A model generated the notes under the pieces. The model was not told the DNA's origin. It saw only the letters and a list, made by a program, of their open reading frames with translations, and ran no database searches. A DNA stretch of 62,855 nucleotides, the filler included, from Basidiobolus ranarum (taxonomy: Eukaryota): assembly GCA_040143965.1 (NCBI GenBank). It is 29 parts of 29 records of this genome, joined end to end, with 100 filler letters (N's around TTAATTAATTAA, not from the genome) between each part and the next. Parts side by side here need not be neighbours in the genome. Positions count along the whole stretch, not along the records: positions 1 to 2,077 come from JASJQH010010690.1; positions 2,178 to 4,254 come from JASJQH010010691.1; positions 4,355 to 6,431 come from JASJQH010010692.1; positions 6,532 to 8,607 come from JASJQH010010693.1; positions 8,708 to 10,783 come from JASJQH010010694.1; positions 10,884 to 12,958 come from JASJQH010010695.1; 23 more parts are not named here. One strand, written 5' to 3'. Position 1 is the first letter of the stretch. Each line of letters begins with the position of its first letter. This document shows positions 1 through 12,391 of this stretch, piece after piece. Both the position numbers and the translations under genes were made by a program.

Positions 1-745
1 TGAATATTTTATTAAAGCTAATATCATTGTATGTATTGGTAACACTCCTGCTATCAGTAAGCTTGGAGGTTTTTGTGGGTGCAATGCTCTATCTTGCGGT
101 AGATTTTGTCATAACAATGGGGCCTACTTTATTGGGCATACACATTAGAGCCCAGTCAGTTTGCAGCATGATCACTGATATCAATTCATCAAATAGTCAG
201 TCTAACATCTAGCTTGGTGTTAGCCATAAGCCTAAGATTATATTGCTAAAGGCAATCAGCTGGAGCCAGAGCTTCCTATCAGGCACTATGCATTTACTAT
301 TTAACAACATTACAATACTACTTAGTCAGCCAATAGTGAAAAATTCAATATGAATGAGCCATCTGAGATAGGATCAAAGTTTTGATCAATTGGGAAAAAT
401 ACTTGACAATATCAAGATACCTTCATAGTTTACTAGGACTTCCTTAAATATCCACTCATCTAGGCTTTTATTCAAATGCTAAGACCGGAAGTATTGGATT
501 TGTATATATTCAAGTTGAATCTTGATAAGATTTCTGCCTGATAAGTATTGGCAACATTTGGAGCTATTTGTGGAATAGTCAATATATTCTTAAGGTATCA
601 ACTCACATTGGCAGATCTCAGTCAAATACAGCAACTATGCAAAGATTTTGTAATTGGATGTGGAAAACTTTATTACAGGTTTAAAGAAGAAACACTGAAT
701 CTATGCCAGCATTCAATACCTTCTCTGCTGCATTTTTTACAAAGT
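1..745 (+). pseudogene. CMC/EnSpm (CACTA-type) transposase fragment, frameshifted
   Basis: Motifs ANIIVCIGNTPAISKLGGF, CRFC, GTMHLLFNNI and YWQHLELFV; homologous to 17408-19481. Confidence 0.85.
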
Positions 746-751
746 AGAGAG

Positions 752-979
752 TGATATAAGTGTTGAGGGGATTTGGAAGTGTTTTGAACAAGATTTGGAT
801 TTTCAAACTAGACACTTAAGTATTATTGAATTGAATAGGTCCCACTTATAATTTACTATGAAATAGGACTATAGGATAGGTTTAGATCATAACAAACATT
901 CCTGTTAAGCATGGATAAACATTTGAGATGAATTGCAGGAGTTTTGAGAAAATAGTGAGAACTAGTAAAAGTGATCTAA
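752..979 (-). repeat. Copia LTR type A, 3' part, cut by a CMC insertion at 980
   Basis: Matches 6737-6965 (tgataaaagtgttgaggggatttggaagtg...aaaagtgatctaa). Confidence 0.85.
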
Positions 980-2077
980 CCCTAACAGAAAGTTTAGGAT
1001 TATTATTATAGGAAAACTATCACAAATTTAATCCATTTGGGATTGACTGTTTAATTACCATCATAAAATCATCAAGTTGGATTTGATTTAAATCAATTTT
1101 TTCAGTTTTAGGAGTGAAATTTCAAGATCTTGCAAAATAGTTGCGCATGATTGTTTACAACTTGGAGAACTATGGATCAACACATGTGCAAAAAACATAA
1201 CTCAAATGTTACACAATTACCACTTGAATGCTAATTTCTCACCTTCAAAATTCCTAGTCTTTTTGATATATTCTCCTGAATATTTTATAGAATTCTTCAA
1301 ACCCAAGATTTAGCTCATACCCAACACAAGTTTGTATCAATATCTCCATCAAAGCCCACCATTGTATTGATGTTGCTGTATCAACATTCTTCCAGCTATC
1401 TGGCAGATATCCTGCAATATTGTGCCACTCTGTATTAAGTTCTTCCCACATATTTGCACAGTCAACACCAGACTGAATGTCAAGTTGAATGTACTTCTTC
1501 AGAAACCACTTTCTGCATATTTGCACTGCATTTTTCCCTTCATTCTTTTGAAAATACTCCTCAAGCACCTTGACTATTTTTGTACATCCTTGTATTGTGA
1601 CACTACTGAGGGTGCTTTGCGGTGTTTGTGTGGCTTTTTGCTTGCCTTTAACTTTGGGGCTGATTTCAACACTTTAAAAAGTACCAGTTGAGGTTGGAGA
1701 GCTATGAGTTTTATTTGCTGGTATTTTGGCTTGTTGAGAGGTGCCAGGTGTTGGATAAACATCCAAGCTTAGCACTCTTCCAATTGGTATACCTGGTTCC
1801 ATGGTGAAATTAAGCTTTTTTGCCAGTATATCTGAATCTGGAATTGCTTATATTGGTGTGAAGAATTTGGTAAGTGGGCCAGGAGTGCCACAGCTCACAG
1901 GCCCCTTTGCATTTCCCATGGGTTTACTAACTTCCTGCTTCTTCAGCACTTCTTTAGCTGCTTTTCTTTCTTTTCCAAGTTGATAACTGCGTATATTTTT
2001 GAGATGTTTCATGAATAGGCCTATACTAACCCATTAGCCATTTGTTTGCAAAAACCAAGGATAAGCCACATAAAATA
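980..2077 (+). mobile_element. CMC element end A (TIR CCCTAACAGAAA) plus C-terminal part of ORF2 (minus strand, ~1254-2077)
   Basis: Terminus ccctaacagaaag at 980; EEYFQKNEGKNAVQICRKW...LNTEWHNIAGYLPDSW is shared with 27455-, 31779-, 57171- and 58627-. Confidence 0.85.
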
Positions 2078-2177
2078 NNNNNNNNNNNNNNNNNNNNNNN
2101 NNNNNNNNNNNNNNNNNNNNNTTAATTAATTAANNNNNNNNNNNNNNNNNNNNNNNNNNNNNNNNNNNNNNNNNNNN
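2078..2177. other. Artificial 100-bp contig linker (first of 28)
   Basis: N44-TTAATTAATTAA-N44 (stops in all six frames). Others start at 4255, 6432, 8608, 10784, 12959, 15134, 17308, 19482, 21655, 23828, 26000, 28172, 30343, 32513, 34683, 36853, 39022, 41191, 43360, 45528, 47696, 49864, 52031, 54197, 56362, 58527, 60692. Contig lengths decrease monotonically from 2077 to 2064. Confidence 0.99.
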
Positions 2178-3720
2178 AGAAGATATGAAACTGTGAAGTT
2201 AGATAATCATTAACCAACATGAGTAAATATTGTTGCCTACTTGGTGTCAGAGTTTGCATTGTGTCACATAAGTGTTTATGAATAAGATCCATATTAATCA
2301 TTTTGCTTTGCTAGCTCCTCCATTTGGATATAGTTTTCTGATGATTTTCCCCTAAATACAGGTTTCCTACTTATTAATATAGGAGGGCTGTGAACCATTC
2401 CGGTAAATAGGCTATTTTTACATAATACTTTCACACTAGCATATTTTAGATGACCCAAATACTGATGCCAGGTCATAAAGTTTCCAAAAGTAAATGTTGC
2501 AAAGTTTGAAATAGTCTCACTAAACAGTGCAATATCCAGGTGATATAGATTCACAATTCTTGTTCAAGTTGCTATTATCAAATCCTTTGATTTGTATATG
2601 GTTGCTGTTCCTTAGCTGAACTTGACATCATAATGTTTCTTTTCAATAGCTCCAATTGAAAATATATTTTTTTACACGATGGAATATGTAGGACATCTTC
2701 AAAGGTTACCTTACACTTTTGGTTTTACTAATTTGTAGGTCCAGTGTCACCTTTCCCATTCCATATGCAGCCAGTTTGTCTCCTCCAGCTACTGTGATGT
2801 GCAGTGTTTCTACTTCCTCATAGTCATGCATTACATTTCCATTGTGGCACATACACAAACTTGCACCAGAACCCAAACATTAGCAGAGTCATTTCCTAAT
2901 TTAGAGGGTGCCATAAATACATATTGTTTATTTCCTCTTTTAGTGAAGTTATATTCTTCTTTTTTCTTTGAAACCCATTTCTTCTTTTATTTCCAATAAT
3001 GTGCTCTATGTCCCAGTTTTCCAGTTTTGCAACATTTCCCAGTGATCCTTCTAGATTGGCTCTTTTGAGAATAAAATGCTTGTGTAGTTTTAGTTTCATC
3101 TACAAGCTGAGTTCTGTCTTTCCTTTCAAATTCTTCTTGACATAGACAAGTGATCAGATAGTGTGAAGTAAACTTATCTCTAACATCCATGTTGAGTACA
3201 AGGGCTAAATATGATTCAGGGAAACCATTAACTACAATAAGAATTATATCCATTTCAGGTGCTTCAAAATTTACTAGTTCCAATTGCTGGGCAAGTTTCT
3301 TGACACCATTTATATTTGTTATAATAACTGCTCACAGTTTAAGAATTTTCTTTGGAGCATCACCAAATGAGCAAGCCTGTTTTGCTCATAATGTTCCACT
3401 AGGATTTCCCATGCAGCCCAGACCAAAACAGCATCTCTGACTAGCATAAGTTGTGGTTGATCCCAGTCTTTGATATATTTCCCCAAATGCAAATCTGTCA
3501 CTTTCTTTGAAGGTTGTCTTGGCTTCTTTGTGTCAGTGCCAGAATCTGTACTTTCTTCTTTAGAAGTTCCTTCTTCTTCATCTGGTTGAACTGCTTCCCA
3601 GACATATTTCCCTTCAAGCAAAAGTTACATCTTGAATTTCCATTCATAGAAATCATCCTAATTAAATGTTGGAATATTTGTAAGCTCTGTTTGGGAAGAA
3701 GACTAATCAATTTGCTGCTA
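2178..3720 (-). mobile_element. Ty1/copia gag-protease-GAG-pre-integrase remnant
   Basis: Gag motifs LLEGKYVWEAV and NGFPESYLALV; zinc knuckle CCKTGKLGHRAHYW; WHQYLGHL pre-integrase motif; many stops and frameshifts. Confidence 0.85.
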
Positions 3721-3737
3721 CTGTGTTGCAGGATCCT

Positions 3738-3890
3738 GACATAATGGGGGTAGACATTGTTCATTAGAGGTAAATTATTATAGTGCATCTTACTTCCTTG
3801 ATTCTTAAGTGTATATTATGACTAATGTAATAGAAAAGCAAATGAATTATTTGAGATGTTCAGGAGTATGTGTAATAAGGTATGATAGAT
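3738..3890 (-). repeat. Probable copia LTR type D, 3' part
   Basis: Reverse complement resembles 45305-45420 (actcctgaa.atctca.a.aatt); lies upstream of the gag remnant. Confidence 0.5.
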
Positions 3891-3892
3891 AA

Positions 3893-4113
3893 TGTTGATA
3901 TTGGATAAATAGCATCTCATTATCAAGCAGTTAATCGACTCTTATTCTGATTATTTAGCACTCAATTCTGTCATTGAAAAACATGTGTTTATTGCTCTAA
4001 ATGATATAAATATCAATTGGATCACTTTTACCAATTAACATTATTTTCTTAAAAATTTTCCAAATTGCCTTGAGTTTTCATCCATGCTTAACAAGCATGT
4101 TTGTTATGATTCA
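3893..4113 (+). repeat. Copia LTR type A, 5' part
   Basis: TGTTGA start; ttatttagcactcaattctgtcattgaaaaacatgtgtttattgctctaa is shared with other A copies. Confidence 0.8.
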
Positions 4114-4115
4114 AG

Positions 4116-4254
4116 TGATAAAAGTGTTGAGGGGATTTGGAAGTGTTTTGGACAAGATTTGGATTTGGGAATCAGACACTTAAGTTTTATTGAATTGAAT
4201 ATGTTCTATTGATAGTTGACTATGAAATAGAACTATTGAACATGCTTAGATCAT
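4116..4254 (-). repeat. Copia LTR type A, 3' part
   Basis: tgataaaagtgttgaggggatttggaagtg, as at 6737. Confidence 0.85.
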
Positions 4255-4354
4255 NNNNNNNNNNNNNNNNNNNNNNNNNNNNNNNNNNNNNNNNNNNNTT
4301 AATTAATTAANNNNNNNNNNNNNNNNNNNNNNNNNNNNNNNNNNNNNNNNNNNN

Positions 4355-6431
4355 AATGGAAAACTGCCTTTCAAACTTGCTATGGACACTTTCAATACAA
4401 TGTCATGCCATTTGGACTTAGCAATGCCCCTGCAGTCTTTCAACACATGATGAATGATATCTTCAGAGAGTATCTTGACCAATTTGTGGTAATCTACCTT
4501 GATGATATCTTGGTCTTCTCAAGCTCTCCAGACAAACATAATATTCATGTTACCCAAGTCCCAGAAAAGTTGAAAACCTCTGGGCTCTATGCTAAACTTG
4601 CAAAATGTGAATTTGATCAAGCTCAAGTTGAATTCCTTTGATATATCATCAGCCCATCATGCATCTCCATGGACCCTAAGAAGGTTAATCTGTTCTGTCT
4701 TGGGATATTCCAAAGAATGTGAAGGATGTCCAATATTTCCTTAGATTAGCAAACTTTTACCAATGGTTTGTCAAGAACCACTCCAAAATATCTGCTCCAT
4801 TAACAAACCTTACAAAGAAAGAACTCCCATTTGACTGGAACCCATCTTCCCAACAAGCATTTGTAACTTTAATGGGTGCTTTTACCTCAGCACCAATCCA
4901 GGCACTTCCCAAGCTAGACAAGCCATTTATGGTTGTAACTGATGCATCCGACTTTGCTCTAGGAGCAGTATTATCACAGTTTGATGATAACAACATACTA
5001 CACCCTGTTGCCTTTTACTCAAGAAAGTTCTCTGCTGCAGAAATCAACTATGACATCAATGACAAGGAACCATTAGCATTTATTGCTGTGTTTGAACAAT
5101 GCTGACAATACTTGGATGGAGCAAATCACAAAATCACAGTTTATTGTGATCACAAGAATCTTCACTACTTTAGTACAACCAAAGTTCTCAACTGTCATCA
5201 AGCAACATGGTCATTATTTCTCGCCAGTTTGGATTTTGTGTTCATATATTGACCAGGCAGCCAGAAAGGAAAGCCTGATGCCTGATCACATAGAGCAGAA
5301 TATCACCCTAAAGAAGGGGATGAGGCCTTTGGCCAACAAAATACTTCCTTACCAAAGCCCCACCAACTTCAAATTAGTGCCACTGCCCTTTCTCTGCCTA
5401 GTTCAAGCACATTCCTTGATAACATCTGCAAACTTCAATCTGAAGACTGATTGGTAATAGCAATCAAGAAAGCCCAGGAAACACCCAAAGACCTCTCAAG
5501 CTTGAACCTGTACCTCCATTTCTCTATCATCAATAATCTCTTGTTTTATAAGAAGCAACTTTACATTCCAGACCACACTTCCAGACTCAAAATCATGCAG
5601 GAAAGACATGACTCACCATTAGCAGGACACTTTGGTGTTGCCAAATCATATATGTTGGCATCCAGGGATTATTGGTGGCCCAAAATGTTTGCATTTGTCA
5701 AGACTTATGTTTTGGCCTGTCATAATTGTGGTCGACTGAAGACTCCAAGACATCAGCCCTATGGCCTCCTACAGCCTCTTCCAATTCCTGATCAGCAGTG
5801 GAAATCCGTATCCCTGGATTTCATAACTGATCTACCCTGGTCTGCCAAATATGATTCAATTCTGGTATTTGTTGACCGTCTAACAAAGATGGCCCACTTT
5901 GTGCCCTGCAACAAGTCAATTGATGCTAAACAAACAGCAGAATTGGTAACTCAAAACATTTTCCACCTACATGGAATCCCTGAAACTATCATCTCTGACT
6001 AACAACCTCAGTTTGCTTCCAAATTCTGGAAAAGTCTCCTCCATACCTTGGGTATCTCTGCCAATCTCTCCACTGCCTTCCATCCCCAATACAATGGCCA
6101 AACAGAAAGAGTCAATCAAGTTTTCAAACAATATTTGCAATACACTATCAACTATAATCAGGATAATTGGACTCAACTCTTGCCTCTTGCTGAATTTGCT
6201 TACAACAACTCTTATCATACCTCAACAGAGCAAACTCCTTTCTTTGCAAATTATTGATTCCATCCTCATTTCACAATTCACCCACCATCCAATCTACCTT
6301 GCCCTGCTGCCTCAGACCATACCACTTTCCTTAAGGACACCTATAAACAATTAATATCTGAGTTGGAGCATGCTCAATCCCAATACAAGAACTTTGCTGA
6401 CAAGAGAAGAAAGCCAAGTCCAGATCTCAAG
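4355..6431 (+). mobile_element. Ty3/gypsy (Tf2-like chromovirus family) pol remnant: RT-RNaseH-integrase
   Basis: MPFGLSNAPAVFQ, YLDDILVFS, TDASDFALGAVLSQ, HDSPLAGHFG...C..C, SLDFITDLP, FHPQYNGQTERVNQ; domain order RT-RH-INT; in-frame stops. Confidence 0.95.
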
Positions 6432-6531
6432 NNNNNNNNNNNNNNNNNNNNNNNNNNNNNNNNNNNNNNNNNNNNTTAATTAATTAANNNNNNNNNNNNN
6501 NNNNNNNNNNNNNNNNNNNNNNNNNNNNNNN

Positions 6532-6706
6532 GAAAGGCAAGGATAGCTTCTGGTGGTTCCTTTGGCCCTATTTCTTCTCCTGTAACAAATCCGCAAAGGT
6601 CCTTGTCTTCTAGCATCCTTTGCATCTTGAATTTCCAAAGGTGAAAATCTTCATCATCAAACTTCTCTTTGGTTGCAAAACATTGGTAATAGTACTGGTA
6701 GATATG
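6532..6706 (-). pseudogene. Copia gag N-terminus (LTR-A family)
   Basis: KFDDEDFHLWKFKMQRMLEDKDL directly downstream of LTR and PBS. Confidence 0.85.
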
Positions 6707-6724
6707 CCTTTAACAGCTACCCTG

Positions 6725-6736
6725 GGGCTCATAACC
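6725..6736 (-). promoter_or_regulatory. Primer binding site GGTTATGAGCCC (half-tRNAiMet type)
   Basis: Directly abuts the 3' end of the LTR; complementary to the anticodon arm of initiator tRNA-Met. Confidence 0.85.
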
Positions 6737-7087
6737 TGATAAAAGTGTTTCGGGGATTTGGAAGTGTTTCAGAAAAGATTTGGATTAGTGAATTAGACAC
6801 TTATGTTTTATTGAATTGAATATGTCCTTTTATAGTTTACTATGAAATAGAGCTATTGGATGTGCTTAGATCATAACAAACATGCCTGTTAAGCATAGAT
6901 GAAGATTTGAGGTGATTTGGAAAGGTTTTGAGAAAATAGTGAAAATTAGTAAAAGTGATCTAATTGATATTTCTATCAATTAGAGCAATAAACCCATGTT
7001 TTTGAATGACAGAATTGAGTGCTAAATAATCAGAATATGAATAAACTAACTACTAAATAATGAGTTGCAATTTACCTAATTTCAACA
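6737..7087 (-). repeat. Copia LTR type A, full-length 5' LTR (~351 bp)
   Basis: TGTTGAAATTAGG...TTTTATCA termini, followed by PBS and gag. Confidence 0.9.
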
Positions 7088-7559
7088 CATGCAACCTTGC
7101 ATGGAACAAAGTCATGAGACTAATCATGTGACATACAGTGGCCAACTACCACAACATTGTAATACTGAGGACTAGCACTCATTGATATCTATATTAACAA
7201 AAGTTGATGTTACTGATAATACTTAATATTGTGTAACCTAATTGATATTTAAGCTGCTATGATAGACAAGTCATGACACACCATTACTGAACAAAGTGTT
7301 CATTATTTAACTATGAGAGAAGAGAAGCAGAACTTTTACAAACTTACATATAATTCAATGAGCTTAAATGTAAATATACATTATTCAAATTGACAAACTA
7401 TTTGATTATCAAGAAGAGATTTTTTCAAATTGATTTGATAATATAAGCAAAGTGATCAAAAATCACTACATATCAGGAGTTCAAAGTAACTCCCTATCAT
7501 TACTGGAAATTGGTTACAGCTGAGTATATGAAAACAAGCTAGGCAATTGTTCAAGAGTT

Positions 7560-8100
7560 TGGGTTTAACCAAATATGTCAAAAGTCTGTATCCAATTTAT
7601 TATGCATTGTGTGGACCTATGCAAAATTTGTCAGTAGACAGAAAAAGTTAGTTTGTCACATTTCTTGTAGATTATACAGGATGCACTTGGGAATAATTGA
7701 AGGGAAAAAAGTGAACTCTCTGTCTTTGGAAGGTTTGAAATCTTGTGGAGACTCAAAATTGAACTGAAATCAAGAAAATGCATACTAATAATGGTGGAGA
7801 AATTACTACTGTACTATTGAATCACTTTTGCAAAGTTCATGGAATTAAGCAAGAAGCTAATGCCTCCTATTCACCACAACAAAGTGGAGTTGCTGAAGCA
7901 GCTACACAGACAATAATAGAAATGACCAAATCAATGATAGATGCACAAACCTTTTCTCACATTATTTGGGTGGGATATGTGGCTGCAGCTCTATAGGTGA
8001 GCAATAGGAGTTTAACTATAAGTCTGTCTAACTCTACACCCTATTACACTTGGTCTAAATTTAAACTGATGTAAAATATTTTAAAGGATCTTTGAATACT
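7560..8100 (+). pseudogene. Copia integrase core remnant
   Basis: LCGPMQ, HTNNGGE and YSPQQSGVAE motifs. Confidence 0.8.
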
Positions 8101-8105
8101 TTGCT

Positions 8106-8340
8106 TGCTGTGCTTCAACACTAAAAGTTGCCTAACTTATGCTATCTCTTATCAACTTACACCAGTATTTGTTTAGTACATCACTGTTGCTCACAAGCCA
8201 CTTGACCTTATCCAGCAATGCAAATGTGTGACCAACTATGAGACTACCCATCTGTTCTTTTGTCCCTATTATAGTATTATAGGACCTATTACATGACCAT
8301 TATGCTATCTGTATCAAACACTGAGCCATATGCCAGGACA
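8106..8340 (+). repeat. Diverged copy of LTR-like repeat type E (5' part)
   Basis: aaaagttgcctaacttatgc and tgaccttatccag match 53894-54005. Confidence 0.5.
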
Positions 8341-8394
8341 TGCGTCACTAGACTTTTTCAATTTTATTGAGCTAGATCAGGCCAGCTAAAAAGT

Positions 8395-8548
8395 GTGTCA
8401 GCACAATTGGGCATGATTGGGCATTATCTGGTATGATGTTGTTTACCATTTCAGAAGTAGGTGCTTTACTTAAGTGGTTCATGTAGAAAAAGTGATTTTA
8501 GACTTTATTGCATATTCATAAAATGATTCAAGATTTATTGATAGTGTC
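8395..8548. mobile_element. Fragment of PHIS-type element subterminal region
   Basis: gcacaattgggcatgattggg...tttaccatttcagaa...atagtgtc matches 16437-16585. Confidence 0.6.
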
Positions 8549-8707
8549 AAAAGTCTGTTAAAGTATTTGGGAGCCTGTTGGAAGTGGTTTGGAGAAATAG
8601 AGGAATTNNNNNNNNNNNNNNNNNNNNNNNNNNNNNNNNNNNNNNNNNNNNTTAATTAATTAANNNNNNNNNNNNNNNNNNNNNNNNNNNNNNNNNNNNN
8701 NNNNNNN

Positions 8708-10783
8708 ACTGGGGACATGTGTTTTAAACTGATAAGTGTGCTATATGTGCCTGGGATAGCAAAAAATGTGTTATCAGTGAGTAAAGCAACATCTGAGGGA
8801 TAAAGCTTTAATTTTGATCAAAATGGCTGTGAACTCATGGATCAAAAAGGGAATTACGTAGCTTCTGGAGCTAAGCAAAATAACTTGTATAAACTTCATC
8901 ATATTAGGCCAATATATGAACAAGTCTATATTGCCACAGCTGAAGAGATAAACTGGAAAATCTGGCACAGGAGATTGGGTCATATAGGAGCTGAAAATTT
9001 GAGAAGTTTAATCAAAAACAAGATGGTTTTAGGACTAAATTTTGTAATTCCACTGGATCTGGAGCTATGTGAAGGTTGCCTGTATAGTAAGCAACACAGA
9101 CAGCCGTTTGTGGGCTCTGGAATGAGCAAAATTGATCAAAAAATGAGCCTGATACACTCAGATCTGCATGGCCCAAAGCAGACAAAATCCATAGGCAAAA
9201 AAAGATATTTTATGACCTTTATTGATGATGAGACAAAGTTTACTTGGGTGTACTTTATGGCTAGTAAGGATGAAGCCTTAGATACCTACAAGAAGTTAAA
9301 AGCAATGGTGGAGACTGAAACCGGTCTAAAGATTAAGATTATCCATACTGATAATGGAGGGGAATATACCTCAAAACTCTTCTCTAACTTCTGCTCAACT
9401 CATCGGATGAAACAGCAGACTACAGTGCCATATTCTATACAGCAGAATGGAGTAGCAGAATGTGCAAACAGGATCATGAAAAACAACCAAAAATTGATGA
9501 AAATTCTACTTTCTCTCACCAGATCTTGATCAGTGAAAAAAACTTTGAAAATCTCTCACCTGCAGTCTCCTCAACCAAGCCTGAGATGGTTTCATGGCCT
9601 AAATTGGTACCAGAAGTTGTAGTGCCAATTTCCCACCTTAAGAGATCCAATCAGACAAGATCTCCACCTGATTACTACTCTCACACTGGCCAAAAGGAGC
9701 CTAGTGCTAATTTAGCCTTTTCTGATGAATCCAAATCAGTACAGGAGGCTATGGAGAGTCCCAACACAAAGTTTTGGAGTGCTGCAATGGCAGAGGAGTA
9801 TCAGTCACTCATCAATAACCAAGCTTGAACTTTGGTTAATTTACCTGATGACTAAAAATCTATTTGATGCAAATGGGGGTTTAAAGTTAAACAGCTAGCT
9901 GATGGATCTGTAGAGAGATATAAAGCTAGACTTGTGGCTAAAAGATACTCTCAAATGGAAGGAGTGGAATACAATGAAACTTTACTCCTGTAGCAAAGTT
10001 TAATTCCATCAGAGCTGTACTAGCAGTAGCAGCAAAACACAGCTTAAAAGTCCATCAAATGGATGTTAAAGCTGCTTTTTTGCATGGGGACTTAGAAGAG
10101 GACATATTCATGGATCAACCAGATGGTTTCATGGATCCTGAGCACCCTGAGAATGTGTGTAAGCTACAAAAATCACTTTATGGACTTAAACAATCATCCA
10201 GGGCCTGGTACACTAAGATAGATACATACTTGGAATCACTTGATTTCCCAAAGAGTATGGGGGATTGTGGGATCTTCTTTAAGACCAATAAGGAGAGTAA
10301 GGTGATACTTGCCTTTTATGTAGATGATCTGATTATAGCTACTGATAATGATGAAGCTCTCAGGAACACCAAAAGAGATCTATCAGTCCAATTCAAGATG
10401 ACCAATTTAGGTGAACTTATGTATTTTTTAGGTCTGCAGATCCATACAGATATATTGAGTAAATCTATCACTCTGAATCAATCTAAATACATCTCAGACA
10501 TTCTCAGATGTTACAGGATGGAGAATTGTAAGCCAGTAGCAACTCCCATGGATCTAGGTGTGAAACTAGTCAAAAATCGCATCCAAAATGATGAAAATTG
10601 GCCAAATATGGCTCAAAATATGTCATTTGAAAGCTCTGAGTTCCCTTATCAATCTATGGTAGGTAGTTTGATCTATGCTATGACTGGAACCCAGTCAGAT
10701 ATCTATTTTGCAGTCGGAGTTGTCAGCCAACATGTGCAAAATCCAGGATCTGAGCATTATGTAGCAGTTAAGTGGATTTTCAG
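8708..10783 (+). mobile_element. Ty1/copia pol remnant: pre-integrase, integrase, RT
   Basis: [69 protein letters not shown]; order INT-RT. Confidence 0.95.
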
Positions 10784-10883
10784 NNNNNNNNNNNNNNNNN
10801 NNNNNNNNNNNNNNNNNNNNNNNNNNNTTAATTAATTAANNNNNNNNNNNNNNNNNNNNNNNNNNNNNNNNNNNNNNNNNNNN

Positions 10884-10988
10884 GTGATATTTGACTAAAT
10901 AATGTTGACTAACTAATATGTGATATATGAAATAGTTAGGTGTATAAAGATAGGGATAACATATATGATAAAGACAATAAACTTCAAC
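10884..10988 (-). repeat. Copia LTR type C, 5' end
   Basis: Reverse complement starts TGTTGAAGTTTATTGTC, as at 35533. Confidence 0.8.
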
Positions 10989-12224
10989 ACAGATCACAGT
11001 ATTAATATCAAAACAACTGAAAATTGGATTCTTATGTTGGCACTATATGTGGATGACTTGATTAAAGCTACAAATGATCTAGAGTCACTTAATCACAAAA
11101 AACCCCGCTTATCAAACCAATTTCAGATGACTGATATGGGTGAGTTAAGTTATTTTCTTGGAATCCAAGTCAAGAGAGATAAACCTAATCAGAAAATCAT
11201 GCTGAATCAGTCTAAATACACTCCAGACATCCTAAAACACTTCAACATGGAAAATAGCAAGCCTGCATGAGCACCAAGAGATCCCAATGTGAAATTTATC
11301 AAAATTTCATCCAAGTTGGCCCAAAATGACTCAAATCAAAGCCAGCAGTTCCTTTATCAATCCATGGTGTCTAGTTTAATGTATACAATGATTGGAACAT
11401 GACCAGACCTTGCTGTGGCAGCGGGAACTGTGAGTCTATATCTCAAAAATCCTGGATCTGAGCACAAAACTGCAGTAAAACAAACATTCAGGTATTGGCA
11501 AGGAACTGTAGATATAGTTCTGAAATACTCTGCCACTCCTGATGCACAGAATTTGAAGGCTACACTGATGCAAGCTGGTGAAGAAATCTTGATAATAGAA
11601 GATCAACAACTGGGTACACTTTTCTCTATGGCAATAGAACCATAACTTGCAATAATGGACTTGTTCAATTGTGCCAGGATTAATTGGACCTTAGCTCAAT
11701 ATGTTAGAGTAAATGTGATTGAAACTGATCATGTCAGAGGGTGCTGGATAGTGCTAAACTGAGCCGCATAAAATTTGGAACACTTTATCTAATGTGATAT
11801 ACACAGCACAATCTGGCACTATCACAGACAACAAGTCTTATAAGAGGCAACCATCCATAGCACTATCTACTACAGAAGCAGAATATATGGCTGTCTCTGC
11901 TATTACACAAGAAGCTATGTGGCTAAGTAAGTTATTTACAAACTTAGGATACAAGCAAAAATGTACTCTTACTGTGTTTGAAGATAATCAAAGTTGTATT
12001 TCATTAGCTAAAAACCCTACATTTCATGCCAGAACAAAACATATAAATATTTGGCATCATTTTGTTAGAGAAGCAATGGAGAATGATATAAATGAAATTG
12101 TCTATTGCCCTACTGAAGAAATGGTTGCTGGCATCTTCACCAAACCTTTTGCTAAAGCACAATCTGAATTATTAACATTAAAGTTAGGTTTAAGAGAAAC
12201 ACAAAATAATTAGTTGAGTGGGAA
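10989..12224 (+). mobile_element. Copia RT-RNaseH 3' end with polypurine tract, interrupted by a MITE
   Basis: LYVDDL, MTDMGEL, IALSTTEAEY, EDNQSCI, HARTKHI; PPT agttgagtgggaa before the LTR. Confidence 0.9.
11657..11838 (-). mobile_element. 182-bp MITE with GGACTTGTT TIRs (PHIS-derived)
   Basis: Reverse complement of 53006-53187, same length; inserted in the RNase H W-N-S-K-R-Q codons; flanks AAT/TAT. Confidence 0.85.
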
Positions 12225-12391
12225 TGTTGAAATTAAGTAAATAGCAACTTATTATTTAGTAGTTGGTTTATTCATATTGTTATTACTTAGCACTCAATTC
12301 TGTCATTGAAAAATGTGTGTTTATTGTTCTAATTGATAGAAATATCCTATCCAGTCAAAAACACTTGCAAGTTTCTTAAAAACTTTTATCA
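12225..12391 (+). repeat. Copia LTR type A, 3' LTR with internal deletion
   Basis: Follows the PPT; TGTTGAAATT start and ACTTTTATCA end. Confidence 0.75.

Noticed and set aside
2122-2133. Regularly spaced TTAATTAATTAA as a biological repeat or CRISPR-like array
   Set aside because: Always centred in N runs at fixed offsets; it is a synthetic six-frame-stop linker.
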